A stretch of DNA of 64,000 nucleotides from Naegleria gruberi (Eukaryota), in assembly GCA_000004985.1 (NCBI GenBank), contig GG738868.1, one strand, 5' to 3'. This document shows positions 10,766 through 20,262 of the stretch, one piece after another (the stretch's first letter is position 1; each line of letters opens with the position of its first letter). The notes below the pieces were generated by a model. It searched no databases, had not been told where the DNA came from, and was given only the letters and a program-made list of their open reading frames with translations. The position numbers were made by a program, and so were the translations under genes.

Positions 10766-11458
10766 TTGACTTTAAAGAAGATTGATGAATATGAAAGATA
10801 TATTTACGCTGTACTATTATCCCAACAAGTTTATTGCCCATTCTTGCCACATGTTCTCAAGTATGGTACTGATTATATGGAATTAGAAAAGTTGGAACAA
10901 ATGGATCACGAGAGCAACTGGGATCATGATCAATTGATTAGCCTACTTTTGGACGAGTCTTGTGCTTTGAAATATTTACATTCTATCAATACTATTCACA
11001 GAGATGTCGAACCAAACAATATCCTGTTGAGAACAGGGGAAGATGACTATTGCCTATGTGTTGATCGATTTCGGTTTATCCTGCCACTTTGAAAGAAAAG
11101 AAAACGGCTTGCTAAACAAACAAACAAATTTAATGATTAAGGAAAACTTGGGTACATCCATATTTAGAGCTCCAGAAGTTGCCAACCAAGAAAACTATTC
11201 AGAAAAAGTGGATATCTTTAGCTTGGGAATGACTGCAATGTATTTATTTGATTTTGAGAAAATGGAAAGAGAATTCAAGAAGAATAGAAAATGTAATTGG
11301 TCTGATCTTTTAGATGAATTAATATGGAAGAGTCCTTTAATGATATTACAGGACAAATGATCGATACAGACGTTACAAAAAGACCAACAGCTGTACAATT
11401 AAAGAAACTGCTTGATGATTTGAATGACAAAAATGTTATGCAAATAAATGATTTTTGA
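10766..11458 (+). pseudogene. Protein-kinase-like pseudogene (C-lobe in three frames, degraded N-lobe)
   Basis: Catalytic-loop HRDVEPNNILL (Lys replaced by Glu), DFG motif YVLIDFGLS, APE motif GTSIFRAPEV, subdomain IX DIFSLGMT and the kinase C-terminus RPTAVQL. They are split over three reading frames, with shifts near 11043-11092 and about 11345. No intron-sized gaps or splice signals at the shifts. No intact N-lobe ORF in 10200-10765. Confidence 0.5.
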
Positions 11459-11692
11459 AATGGAGGATTATACAATAAAATGATTAAGAATTGCTTTCAT
11501 CCAACAAACGATGTCAGATATTCCTAACCAACACATTTGTTGTTTAAAACCGTAAGTGATTCATATAGTTTTTTACTGGAATTTGAATTTCTTTGAACAT
11601 GCTTGAGATACTTTGTAAATGTTTTCACAAATTTTTATTAGAATACTGTTTTGGATTGTATTACAAGTCAGTTAGATATGAACCAAGCTGTT

Positions 11693-12094
11693 TTATTGAA
11701 GCTGAAATGTTTCGTTTTGTTTGTTAAATGAGTATAGTCCTTTTTCTAATTGAATTTCTTCCTGGAAAAAGTTATCTTCCTTCCATGTCTTGATTCCAAA
11801 CATGAAAGATATTGAGGCTATGCCCATGAACACGACTCCCAACAATATCAGGATTAGGTAAGTATTTCCTCCTAACCCAACACAACTTCCTATTAGAAAT
11901 AAACTAATTGTACAAGAGAAACTGGGCACCATTTCTATCAAAATTGAAAAATGTGACTTTCTCAATGTAATTGGATTTTCCTCATGGTGTGTTTCATTCA
12001 TGTTCGTTATTAAAGTATTCGAAACTCTCCTCCCTTTTGCAAATTCTTCCTCGGCAATATCAGTCATTGAATCGGCATGTTTTCCTTCTTTCAT
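11693..12094 (-). CDS. Small hypothetical membrane protein (2 predicted TM segments)
   Basis: 133-aa ORF with two hydrophobic stretches (SLFLIGSCVGLGG.., LILILLGVVFMGIASISFMF). No homology recognised. Confidence 0.3.
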   Translation of the reverse strand: MKEGKHADSMTDIAEEEFAKGRRVSNTLITNMNETHHEENPITLRKSHFSILIEMVPSFSCTISLFLIGSCVGLGGNTYLILILLGVVFMGIASISFMFGIKTWKEDNFFQEEIQLEKGLYSFNKQNETFQLQ

Positions 12095-12370
12095 TCTTTA
12101 TTGTTTGAATAGTACCTGTCCTTCTTTACAACATTAAACCACTTTCGAATAAACGGGAAAATCCTTCTCGAGTAGGCCCGTCTGTGTTTTTTTAATAAGA
12201 AGTTTCTTATTGAAATTCCCAAGGTAAAATTAGATTTCTGACATTTTGCTTTGTCCGTTTAAGATAATCAATTCTTTGATTTGCCCATTAAGGACAAATT
12301 TCCAAAGACAAAATGTTGTATAAATAAGATTTTCAATATTCTTTCTGTTCATTGTAATTGGTAACTTAAT

Positions 12371-12488
12371 GACTACGGCCATATCACGATGAATGCACCT
12401 CATCCCTCCGATTTGAGAAGTTAAGCATCGTCGAGCCACATCAGTACTGAGGTTGGAGACAACTTGGGAACCTGTGGTGCTGTAGTCT
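12371..12488 (+). rRNA. 5S ribosomal RNA gene, dispersed single copy
   Basis: GACTACGGCCATATCACG...GAAGTTAAGC...AGTACTGAGGTTGGAGACAACTTGGGAACCTGTGGTGCTGTAGTC matches eukaryotic 5S throughout. Helix I pairs 5' GACTACGG with 3' CTGTAGTC. Followed directly by a TTTTCTTTTTT Pol III terminator. TATAAATA box about 50 bp upstream. Confidence 0.85.
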
Positions 12489-12659
12489 TTTCTTTTTTAA
12501 GTTCATCACACATGCCATTCAACTTCTTAACTTCTTGTCTTTATTTTCAGTGAACAAAATGAAAGTGCAATAAACTTGTGAATAATCAAGGATTTTAAGA
12601 ACGAAGACTTTTTTTGTTCATGTTTTTTTCGCTTGTTAGTAAAATTGTTGCATGAAAAA

Positions 12660-14882
12660 TTACTGTTTATTCAAAGTGAGGGAACAATAATCAGAAAGCT
12701 TTCTCATTCCATACAAGTTAGCATAATCAAGTAAGGAATTCTTAACAGGAGGAGATTTGATAGCAGAAATCATTAATAGGTCGTAACAGTACTTGATAAT
12801 CATTTCAGATATCTTTAAATCTTTGCATTCGACCATCTCATAAAATGTATCCTTTTCATTATTCTTATTTTTGAATAATTCCTCAAAGAAATGACTGTTG
12901 GAGGATAGAACAGTCTTGTGGCAATAGAATTTCTCCTTTCCAATAATTATGGTAACATCACTCGACGTTTTATCATTGAAAAGAGACGATAGATTCTTCT
13001 TTTCGCTCGCATTCTCTTGGATGTGGATATTTGGAGTTGTTCTCTCACTAATTTTGTAAGCAATTAGAGTTATATGTTTAAGAATGTTGGAATGTTGAAG
13101 AATTTGAGGTGAATCTCTCAAAAAACTAGCTGCCATGCAAATGCAATACTCAAACAATTGATTGAGGATTATATTATCAGGCAGTATTTCAATATATTGC
13201 TCTATCTTTTCCATCATAAAGTGAATATTTTCTTGACAACAAGTTTTCTTAATCTTTTTTACAAGTGACTTTTTCATTTCTATAAATTCACATCCTTGAA
13301 ATAATCCTAAAATTGACAAGATATCTATTGGATCGTAATTGTCTTGCCAATTTTTGACAGGTTCATAAATTATATCATCGATTAAATATTGTACAATTTC
13401 ATGTTGAGTTGTGCTCATCTTCTTCAGAATGTCACATTTCAACACTGATTCATAAAATTGGGGTGAAGCCATCTTGATGAGATAGCTCACTCCCTGAATA
13501 TTAGTATTATCCACACGATCCCAATAATACTTTTTCATTCTTCCACCTGAATTCAGATATTTGGTAGTTGAAATCTTTCTAATATAATTATTTCCTCCAT
13601 CGACCACATAGACATCTCCAGTTTCATTATCAATTGCAATATCTGATGGATTATTGAATTTAGCCATTCTAACTGGACCATCCTGATAACCCTCCTCGGT
13701 TGTTCCAGCAATAGTTACCAAAGTTCTATCCCTATTAATCTTACAAATTCTATTATTGTAAATGTCAGTAAATAGAATTTCACCTTCTTGACTGATGGCA
13801 ATTCCAGATGGACCATTCAACATGACATCTAAGGCATCCATTTGATCTCCATTAAATCCCTTCTCTCCTGTTCCTGCAATAGTGGTGATTATTCCACAAG
13901 TTGATATCTTTCGAATAACATTATTACCCGAATCTGAAAAATAGACATCCCCTCTCTGATTCACTGCAATTCCAGTTGGACAACGAATTCTAGCATAAAA
14001 TGCAAACCCACCATCTCCATCATACCCCTTCTCTCCAAAACCAGCCACGGTGTGAATCAATCCATTCCTTAGAGAAACCCTTCTAATTCTATTATTGTGA
14101 TAATCTGAAATGAAAAGTTCCTGTTCTCTCTCATCAATGGCAATTCCTGTTGGAAAGTACAAGTCAGCATGAATGGCTGGTATTCCATCTCCATTGTAAC
14201 CTTCTCTGCCAGTTCCTGCAATAGTTGAAATACTTCCATCCACAGCAGAAACCTTACGAATTCTATGATTGTGTCTATCAGCAATGTATAAATCACCATT
14301 CTCACATCTGGCAATTCTTGTTGGATAGCTCAACTTGGATACAGTGGCTACACAGCCATCTCTATTAAATCCTCTCTCTCCACAACCAGCAATGGTTGTA
14401 ATAATGCCTGATTTGATTCTTCTAATCTTGTGATTTCCATAATCTGAAACAAGTAATTCCCTCTCACCATTTGGTGTCCTTTCTCCCAATGCAATACCAG
14501 CTGGCGAATTGAATGGTGTCAAATGACTCGATGATTCACTATCTGAACCATAACCTTCATGGTCTATTCCTGAAATTGTACTCACATTCAATTCTGTATT
14601 AGTGTGTTCGTATTCATCAGTGATGTCATCATTAATAGCCAATGAGGAGTTGTTGACATTATTTGTTAAAATAGACAATCCTGATGATGGTGCTAATGTT
14701 CTAAATGTGGCAGCTCGAGCAAATAGTGAAGTCATTATGTTCTTTGTGTGGAAGTGAGAATAGGGTATTGTGTTTTTTTTTTTGATGTTGAATTCAATCA
14801 CTTCCAATGCCTGATCGAAGTCGATTTGTTTATTGATTGGCGCCAAAAAGGTGTTGAACACAAGAACATGAATCATTTTCAT
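12660..14882 (-). CDS. NHL-repeat beta-propeller protein with C-terminal BTB/POZ domain
   Basis: 740-aa ORF. At least six NHL-type repeats (..YGNHKIRRI, ..RHNHRIRKV, ..YHNNRIRRV, ..GNNVIRKI, ..YNNRICKI, ..GNNYIRKI), then a BTB signature SDVTIIIGKEKFYCHKTVLSSNSHFFEELF. Confidence 0.65.
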   Translation of the reverse strand: MKMIHVLVFNTFLAPINKQIDFDQALEVIEFNIKKKNTIPYSHFHTKNIMTSLFARAATFRTLAPSSGLSILTNNVNNSSLAINDDITDEYEHTNTELNVSTISGIDHEGYGSDSESSSHLTPFNSPAGIALGERTPNGERELLVSDYGNHKIRRIKSGIITTIAGCGERGFNRDGCVATVSKLSYPTRIARCENGDLYIADRHNHRIRKVSAVDGSISTIAGTGREGYNGDGIPAIHADLYFPTGIAIDEREQELFISDYHNNRIRRVSLRNGLIHTVAGFGEKGYDGDGGFAFYARIRCPTGIAVNQRGDVYFSDSGNNVIRKISTCGIITTIAGTGEKGFNGDQMDALDVMLNGPSGIAISQEGEILFTDIYNNRICKINRDRTLVTIAGTTEEGYQDGPVRMAKFNNPSDIAIDNETGDVYVVDGGNNYIRKISTTKYLNSGGRMKKYYWDRVDNTNIQGVSYLIKMASPQFYESVLKCDILKKMSTTQHEIVQYLIDDIIYEPVKNWQDNYDPIDILSILGLFQGCEFIEMKKSLVKKIKKTCCQENIHFMMEKIEQYIEILPDNIILNQLFEYCICMAASFLRDSPQILQHSNILKHITLIAYKISERTTPNIHIQENASEKKNLSSLFNDKTSSDVTIIIGKEKFYCHKTVLSSNSHFFEELFKNKNNEKDTFYEMVECKDLKISEMIIKYCYDLLMISAIKSPPVKNSLLDYANLYGMRKLSDYCSLTLNKQ

Positions 14883-14954
14883 TTGCTACTATTATGGCTC
14901 GCCAACACAAAGACTGCTAAGGGGTGAATAGAGAAATAGATTGGCAAATTATTT

Positions 14955-15614
14955 TCAATCAAAATCAATGAGTGAGTGCACAAAGTTTGCAATTGTTTCC
15001 ACTGAAGCTAGAGCACCATTTCCTGTATCTCCACAAGCTAATAATTTACAAATAGGTTGAATAGTATAGACATTCAATTCCAATTCTAGAATTGACAATT
15101 GTTTGGCTGTGAATGGATGTTCATGCATGAGAGTATTCATGGCTGGAGCCACAACAAATGGAAAATTCTTCAAATCCCAAGCTCTGGCTACACATGTCAC
15201 TAAATTATCACAAATTCCATTTGAAATCTTTGCCAAAGTATTACAATCCAATGGAGCTATCAACAGTATTTGAGCCCATTTACGTAGTTCAATATGTAAG
15301 ACAGGATCTCCTCTCTTACTCCACATACTCCACTCATCTTCATCAGTGAAACATTCAATGGAATTGTCAACTTGATGAATTTGTTCCTTGGTTATGAAAT
15401 GTTGTGCTCCCTTGGTTAAAACAATTCTCAATTTGAATATTTTCATAGAATTGAATTGTCGTATCATGTCTGGTATTTTGATTGCTGCTACGGAACCTGT
15501 TGCACAAATTAATAAATTAATTAATAATGACGAAGAGGGTGGAATATTATCTTCTGTTGTTTGATCGGAAGGTGTTCGTTTTAATCTAGGCTTGTTATTA
15601 TTAGTATTGTTCAT
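14955..15614 (-). CDS. PPCDC: Phosphopantothenoylcysteine decarboxylase-like flavoprotein (PPCDC / Hal3 family)
   Basis: 219 aa, collinear with PPCDC: LLICATGSVAAIKIPDMI, DEDEWSMWSKRGDPVLHIELRKWAQILLIAPLDCNTLAKISNGICDNLVTCVARAWD, VVAPAMNTLMHEHPFTAKQL, CGDTGNGALASVETI. Confidence 0.85.
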   Translation of the reverse strand: MNNTNNNKPRLKRTPSDQTTEDNIPPSSSLLINLLICATGSVAAIKIPDMIRQFNSMKIFKLRIVLTKGAQHFITKEQIHQVDNSIECFTDEDEWSMWSKRGDPVLHIELRKWAQILLIAPLDCNTLAKISNGICDNLVTCVARAWDLKNFPFVVAPAMNTLMHEHPFTAKQLSILELELNVYTIQPICKLLACGDTGNGALASVETIANFVHSLIDFD

Positions 15615-16098
15615 TGATGATGGAACTTCTGATGGTGGTTGATGAAAGGCAATCGTTGTTTGATTTTTTAATTAAAGAATAACATGTGTTCTCGAAGAGA
15701 GAAATCACAAATAAGAAGCAGAAAAACAGAAAGATGAGAAGAAGAATTGCATTACTACATAGGCCACTGGTCTTATACTAAGGAATAAAATTTTAGTCTT
15801 GACTTTCAAATCCTTCCCTTGTAAATATTGATATTATTATATTATAATATTTACAACATTTCCAAGTTATTCATGATGATGGTTCTTCTAAATAATTGGT
15901 ACCAATGATATCATTCATTAGACAAGCACAGAGAGTGAAGAGGTATTTCTTCTATTAAAAATGAGGATAAAAAATTTTATTGTAAAAAGTCCATAGACTA
16001 GACAACCTAAAATTATTAATTTTGTTTCGAAAAAAAAAGTCAAACAAGTAAGTGTCATCCACCGTTATTTACCAACAACATTTTTCTTCAACAGCAAG

Positions 16099-16668
16099 AT
16101 GTTCACTTCTCTTAGAAAGATCAAGAAGGGTAAGGACCAAGAAGTCTCCGAACTCGAAAAGCAAGTTGCTCAAGCTATCTTCGATTTGGAAGTCTACAAC
16201 AAGGATTTGAAGGCTGATCTCCAACCACTCCACTTTGTTGCTGCTCAAGAAGTCGCTATTGGTAAGGAAAAGCAATCTTTGGTCATCTTCGTCCCAGTCA
16301 GACAAGTCAAGGAATGGAGAAAGGTCCATGGTAAGGTTGTTAGAGAATTGGAAAAGAAGTTCAATGGTAAGCACGTCTTGATCGTTGGTCAAAGAAAGGC
16401 TGTCTCCAAGCCAACTGACCCAACCAAGGAACATAGACCAAGAGCTCGTTCTTTGGCTCAAGTCCAAGAAAGATTGTTGGAAGACGTCTGTTATCCAGTT
16501 GAAATCGTTGGTAAGAGAACCAGAACTCGTGTTGATGGATCTAAGCTCACCAAGATCTTCCTCGAAAATAAGGAAAAGTCTAACTTCGACCATAAAATCA
16601 AGACTTTCAACAAGGTTTGCAAGAGATTGACCGGAAAGAAGGTTTCCTATGAATTCGCCAATCTTTAA
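16099..16668 (+). CDS. RPS7: 40S ribosomal protein S7e
   Basis: 189 aa matching RPS7 end to end (MFTSLRKI.., VIFVPV, LEKKFNGKHVLIVGQR, PRARSLAQVQERLLEDV..PVEIVGKRTRTRVDGSKLTKIFL, KVCKRLTGKKVSYEF). A possible 37-nt 5'UTR intron (GTAAGT at 16058 ... CAG at 16092-16094) sits just before the ATG. Confidence 0.9.
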   Translation: MFTSLRKIKKGKDQEVSELEKQVAQAIFDLEVYNKDLKADLQPLHFVAAQEVAIGKEKQSLVIFVPVRQVKEWRKVHGKVVRELEKKFNGKHVLIVGQRKAVSKPTDPTKEHRPRARSLAQVQERLLEDVCYPVEIVGKRTRTRVDGSKLTKIFLENKEKSNFDHKIKTFNKVCKRLTGKKVSYEFANL

Positions 16669-16932
16669 ATCTTTCTAAACATAAATATAAACAAAAAATT
16701 CTTCAAAACCTAATTTATTTAATATTTTTGTTATTATTCTTTCATCAGATAATTTGATTATATTTAAATATCTTGCCTTTCCAAGTTAAATCTTTGTTGA
16801 AAAATATCATTTCTTACTCCGTTGTGTGTTTTGTTGTTCATCAAATTATTATTAATATTATTGGTTCTTGATATTTATTGAAGAGGCAAAAGCTGAGGAA
16901 GAAGAATAACATTAAAAAAATTGAATTAAAAA

Positions 16933-18796
16933 ATGAGTGAATTGAAACTTGTTGCCGATTTGACCAATGCAGGAAACGTAGTAAAGGAAGTGTGTATATC
17001 AACAACTCATGCAGAAGATTCCGTATGTCATATTTGGGATGTTCAAACAGGAAATATCATCAACACATTAAAAAGAACAAGAAATAATCGTGGCTGTATT
17101 AGTTTTATTCCCGAACATTTATGTTTAATATCTGCTCAATCGGATAAGAGTAGAATTTTCATTTACGATATCAGAAAGGAACAACCATTATATGAATGTC
17201 CAGTTGCTGAAAAAATCACTAGTTTAGCCACTTATGGAATTTGGTGTTTTGGTGGAGGTGAAAATGGTACTGTTTATGTTTGGAATATTCTTACAGGAAA
17301 ATTATTGAGAATTTTCAATGCTCACTTGAAGACAATTACCTGTATGGATGTAAATAATGATTTCCTTGTTACTGGATCTCTTGATACACTTATTCAAGTT
17401 TGGAATTTGGCAGAGTATGTTTGTTCTTTATCTTGTTGTTAATCATCATGTATTATTTTCATTATATTTACTTCTATTCCTCATATGAATGGTATTGAAT
17501 CAATAATTTAATTGTGAATGAATGAAATCATAGCTTATTGGATATTAGAAATGATGAAAGACAAGTCACTCCAATCTATTCTCTTTCAAGTCACTCATTG
17601 GCTGTTACAAGTGTTAAATTCTCATCATCTAGTCATACTAAATTAATTACCACAAGTTTGGATAGAACATGTAAAATTTGGGATATTTCATCAGGCATTG
17701 AAATTACTTCAATTGTTTACCCATCAAGTGTTTTGTGTGGAGTTTTATGTAAGAATGAACATGATTTATTTGTTGGTTGTTCCAATGGATGCATATATCA
17801 AATGAATCTCTATCCACATAAACCTCAATATTTGGATGAAAGTAATCAAGATATGTATGACGATGATGAATATGATCCATTATTGAGTGGAGCTAGAATG
17901 GTGGTCAGTGAATTGGGAGCCAGTTCAAGTGGAACAAAGAATCTTACATTGGAAAGTGATACATCGAGTGATGGTTCCTCAACAAGAGGTTCAAGATATA
18001 TGTGTTATACATTTAAGGCCCACAGGTAGGTTTTCAAATTCAATTTTGGTTGAATTATCATTTAATAATTAGTAATGCTGTTACAACTTTGGAATTAACT
18101 CAAGATGGATTAATTATTGTCAGTGGTTCTAAGGATGGTAAATTAATTACTTGGGATGTTAAATCAAGACAACCTCTTGTTACTTTCAAGAAGCATTCCA
18201 TTGCTGTTGATACTGAAATTTCCAACTCTGTAATTTCCACCATCAACATGACTCAATTCTCCTCATTCCACAATAATGAAAATGTCAAGCAACACTCAGA
18301 TCAACAACAAAAACAAGCCAGAAATACATCATCCCTCTCTATTAAGCCATTGAAAAAGTTTGTTGATACACAAGGTCTCTTATTAGAAGTCAACTCAACC
18401 AATGACACTTGGAATACTCTCTTTGCTGATTCTGATTTTGATTTGAAACTTTCACAACATTTCAACACTCCTGAAAGCTCACTTACTTCCTCATTGGTTC
18501 ATCAATCCCTCTCCAAGATTAAGTACAAACCAAAGACAGTCTCTAGAGGCATTCAAAAGAAGGAATCTTTAATGGTTAAGAAACTTGTTGCATTACAAAA
18601 GAGATTTGCTGAAACTGAACAATTGTACAATCAACAAAAGTCTATCAATGATGATCTCCTTGAAATTGTTGAAAAATATCAAATGAAGGAAGAACAAGAA
18701 GCTGCTGCTGCTGCTGCTGTTGAGGAAAAGAAAAAGACATCATCAGCCAAGAAGGCTTCTTCTGGTGGCGGTTTCTTCCATAGAAAATTCCAATAA
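16933..18796 (+). CDS. WDR18: WDR18/Ipi3-like WD40 protein, 3 exons
   Basis: Exons 16933-17414, 17534-18025, 18073-18796. Introns are 119 nt (GTATGT...ATAG) and 47 nt (GTAGGT...TTAG). Both junctions keep the frame and are collinear with WDR18: TVYVWNILTGKLLRIFNAHLKTITCMDVNNDFLVTGSLDTLIQVWNL, then D-LLDIRN.., then KAHR-S-NAVTTLELTQDGLIIVSGSKDGKLITWDV. C-terminal coiled coil with an Ala run. Confidence 0.6.
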
Positions 18797-19388
18797 ATTC
18801 ACCTTAAACTTTAGATTCAAACTTTAAATAAATCACCACAATAAATACAATTTTGTTGATACTTTATCGAGAATAGTCAGCTTTAAATCCTTAGGAAATT
18901 AATTTTGTGATACGACGCAAATTTTACCAGCGACTGCATTTTGTTTGTGATGTGTTGTTGCTCTCTGCATTTTGCTTCCGTGGCAAATAATTCAACGGAC
19001 AATGGCAAAAAATCAAGCTGTCAAATGTTAAAAAATTTATTTGGTGGAGAAGCAGTAACACTTTTTTCCTTTTCCTTCAAGATATCATTGCATTTTTGTC
19101 GCAATGCACTTTGTCCATAGTAATAAACACACTCTATTTCATCATCTCATCTTATATAGTCCAATGCTGACTCTATTTTTTGGTTGTTTTACATCTTGCC
19201 GCTTGGCATAACACTTATTTTTCCGATTTCAGAAGAAAGGTGATTGGGTATCAAGTCATCAGAGTGACAGTAACATGTGTATTGCAAAATACCAGGAGCA
19301 AAAGCAAAGGCAACGGCTTTGAGTCGTATCACATTTTAATTTTCTAAAGAAATTATGGAAAAAATTTATGAATGAATTGTTTCACTTT

Positions 19389-20216
19389 TTAAAGATTTTT
19401 CGAGTCAATATTCCAACATGAAAATCCTTCAACAATTTCTAGTAAGGATCTTTCCTCAATTCTAAATGAATTTTCCCTGAATATTTGTAAATTGAAATTA
19501 GATGGTGAATGCAAAATATCTGAAACTCTCACTCCTAAAATATCCTTTCCAACTGCAATGAAAATGATCGAATTGATATCAGAAACTTGCTGAAGAGCTG
19601 GATATTTACAAATCATATCTAATGATTCAAGTTTTGAGAATCGAACAGGACCAGAAATAATGTTGAGTTTCGGATTTAGAAATTTTCTGTCAGCATCCCA
19701 TTCGAAACCATGGACAAACTCCAACAATGAAGGTGGAATAACCAAATTCAAATCATAATATTGCTTAATATTTCCGTCAAAATTGGATCTAAAAGGAATA
19801 GTTTCCTTTATCATTGCGACTATTCGATTGTCTAGAATTCTCTTATAGGGATTTTGTGTTTTAGGGAGAGGTGGGAGAGTTCTTATAAGAATCTTTCGTA
19901 TTTCATTTTTGTCCAGTTCGCAACTCTCATCATTAAGTAATTCGTCCAACGGTGATGAAGAGGAAGAAAAGTTTTCTATCGAATCGTAACTGTTAGAAAT
20001 GTTTCGTTTCATATAGGAATCCTTATCAATATGACAAGAGCTTATTGAACCATTGGATGAACGATGAAGAAGTGAACCAACACTCGAAGAAGCAGATCCC
20101 AAACAAACTGCAGATGAGGTAATTGCTGGCATTTTATTGTAAATAAAGAAATGAAATTGACACTTATTGATGTGATACTTTACAGATAATGAATAATTGT
20201 TCGTGTAAAGATACAT
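19389..20216 (-). CDS. Hypothetical protein (start at 20216 or the internal ATG 20132)
   Basis: 275-aa ORF with a Ser-rich N-terminal region. No recognised domain. Confidence 0.35.
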   Translation of the reverse strand: MYLYTNNYSLSVKYHINKCQFHFFIYNKMPAITSSAVCLGSASSSVGSLLHRSSNGSISSCHIDKDSYMKRNISNSYDSIENFSSSSSPLDELLNDESCELDKNEIRKILIRTLPPLPKTQNPYKRILDNRIVAMIKETIPFRSNFDGNIKQYYDLNLVIPPSLLEFVHGFEWDADRKFLNPKLNIISGPVRFSKLESLDMICKYPALQQVSDINSIIFIAVGKDILGVRVSDILHSPSNFNLQIFRENSFRIEERSLLEIVEGFSCWNIDSKNL

Positions 20217-20262
20217 CTTACAAGTATATTTTCATTTTATTAGTTTGAGAAATGAATGTGTA

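Noticed and set aside
12230-12439. 69-aa ORF overlapping the 5S rRNA gene
   Set aside because: The region encodes a structural RNA with a Pol III terminator; the ORF is coincidental.
14069-14314. Nested or overlapping small ORFs inside large genes (14069-14314, 24525-24923, 38220-38842, 57076-57410, 61508-61783 and similar)
   Set aside because: All lie within or antisense to long conserved CDSs and show junk-like composition.
16069-16593. 174-aa minus-strand ORF opposite RPS7
   Set aside because: Antisense to a highly conserved ribosomal-protein gene; shadow ORF.
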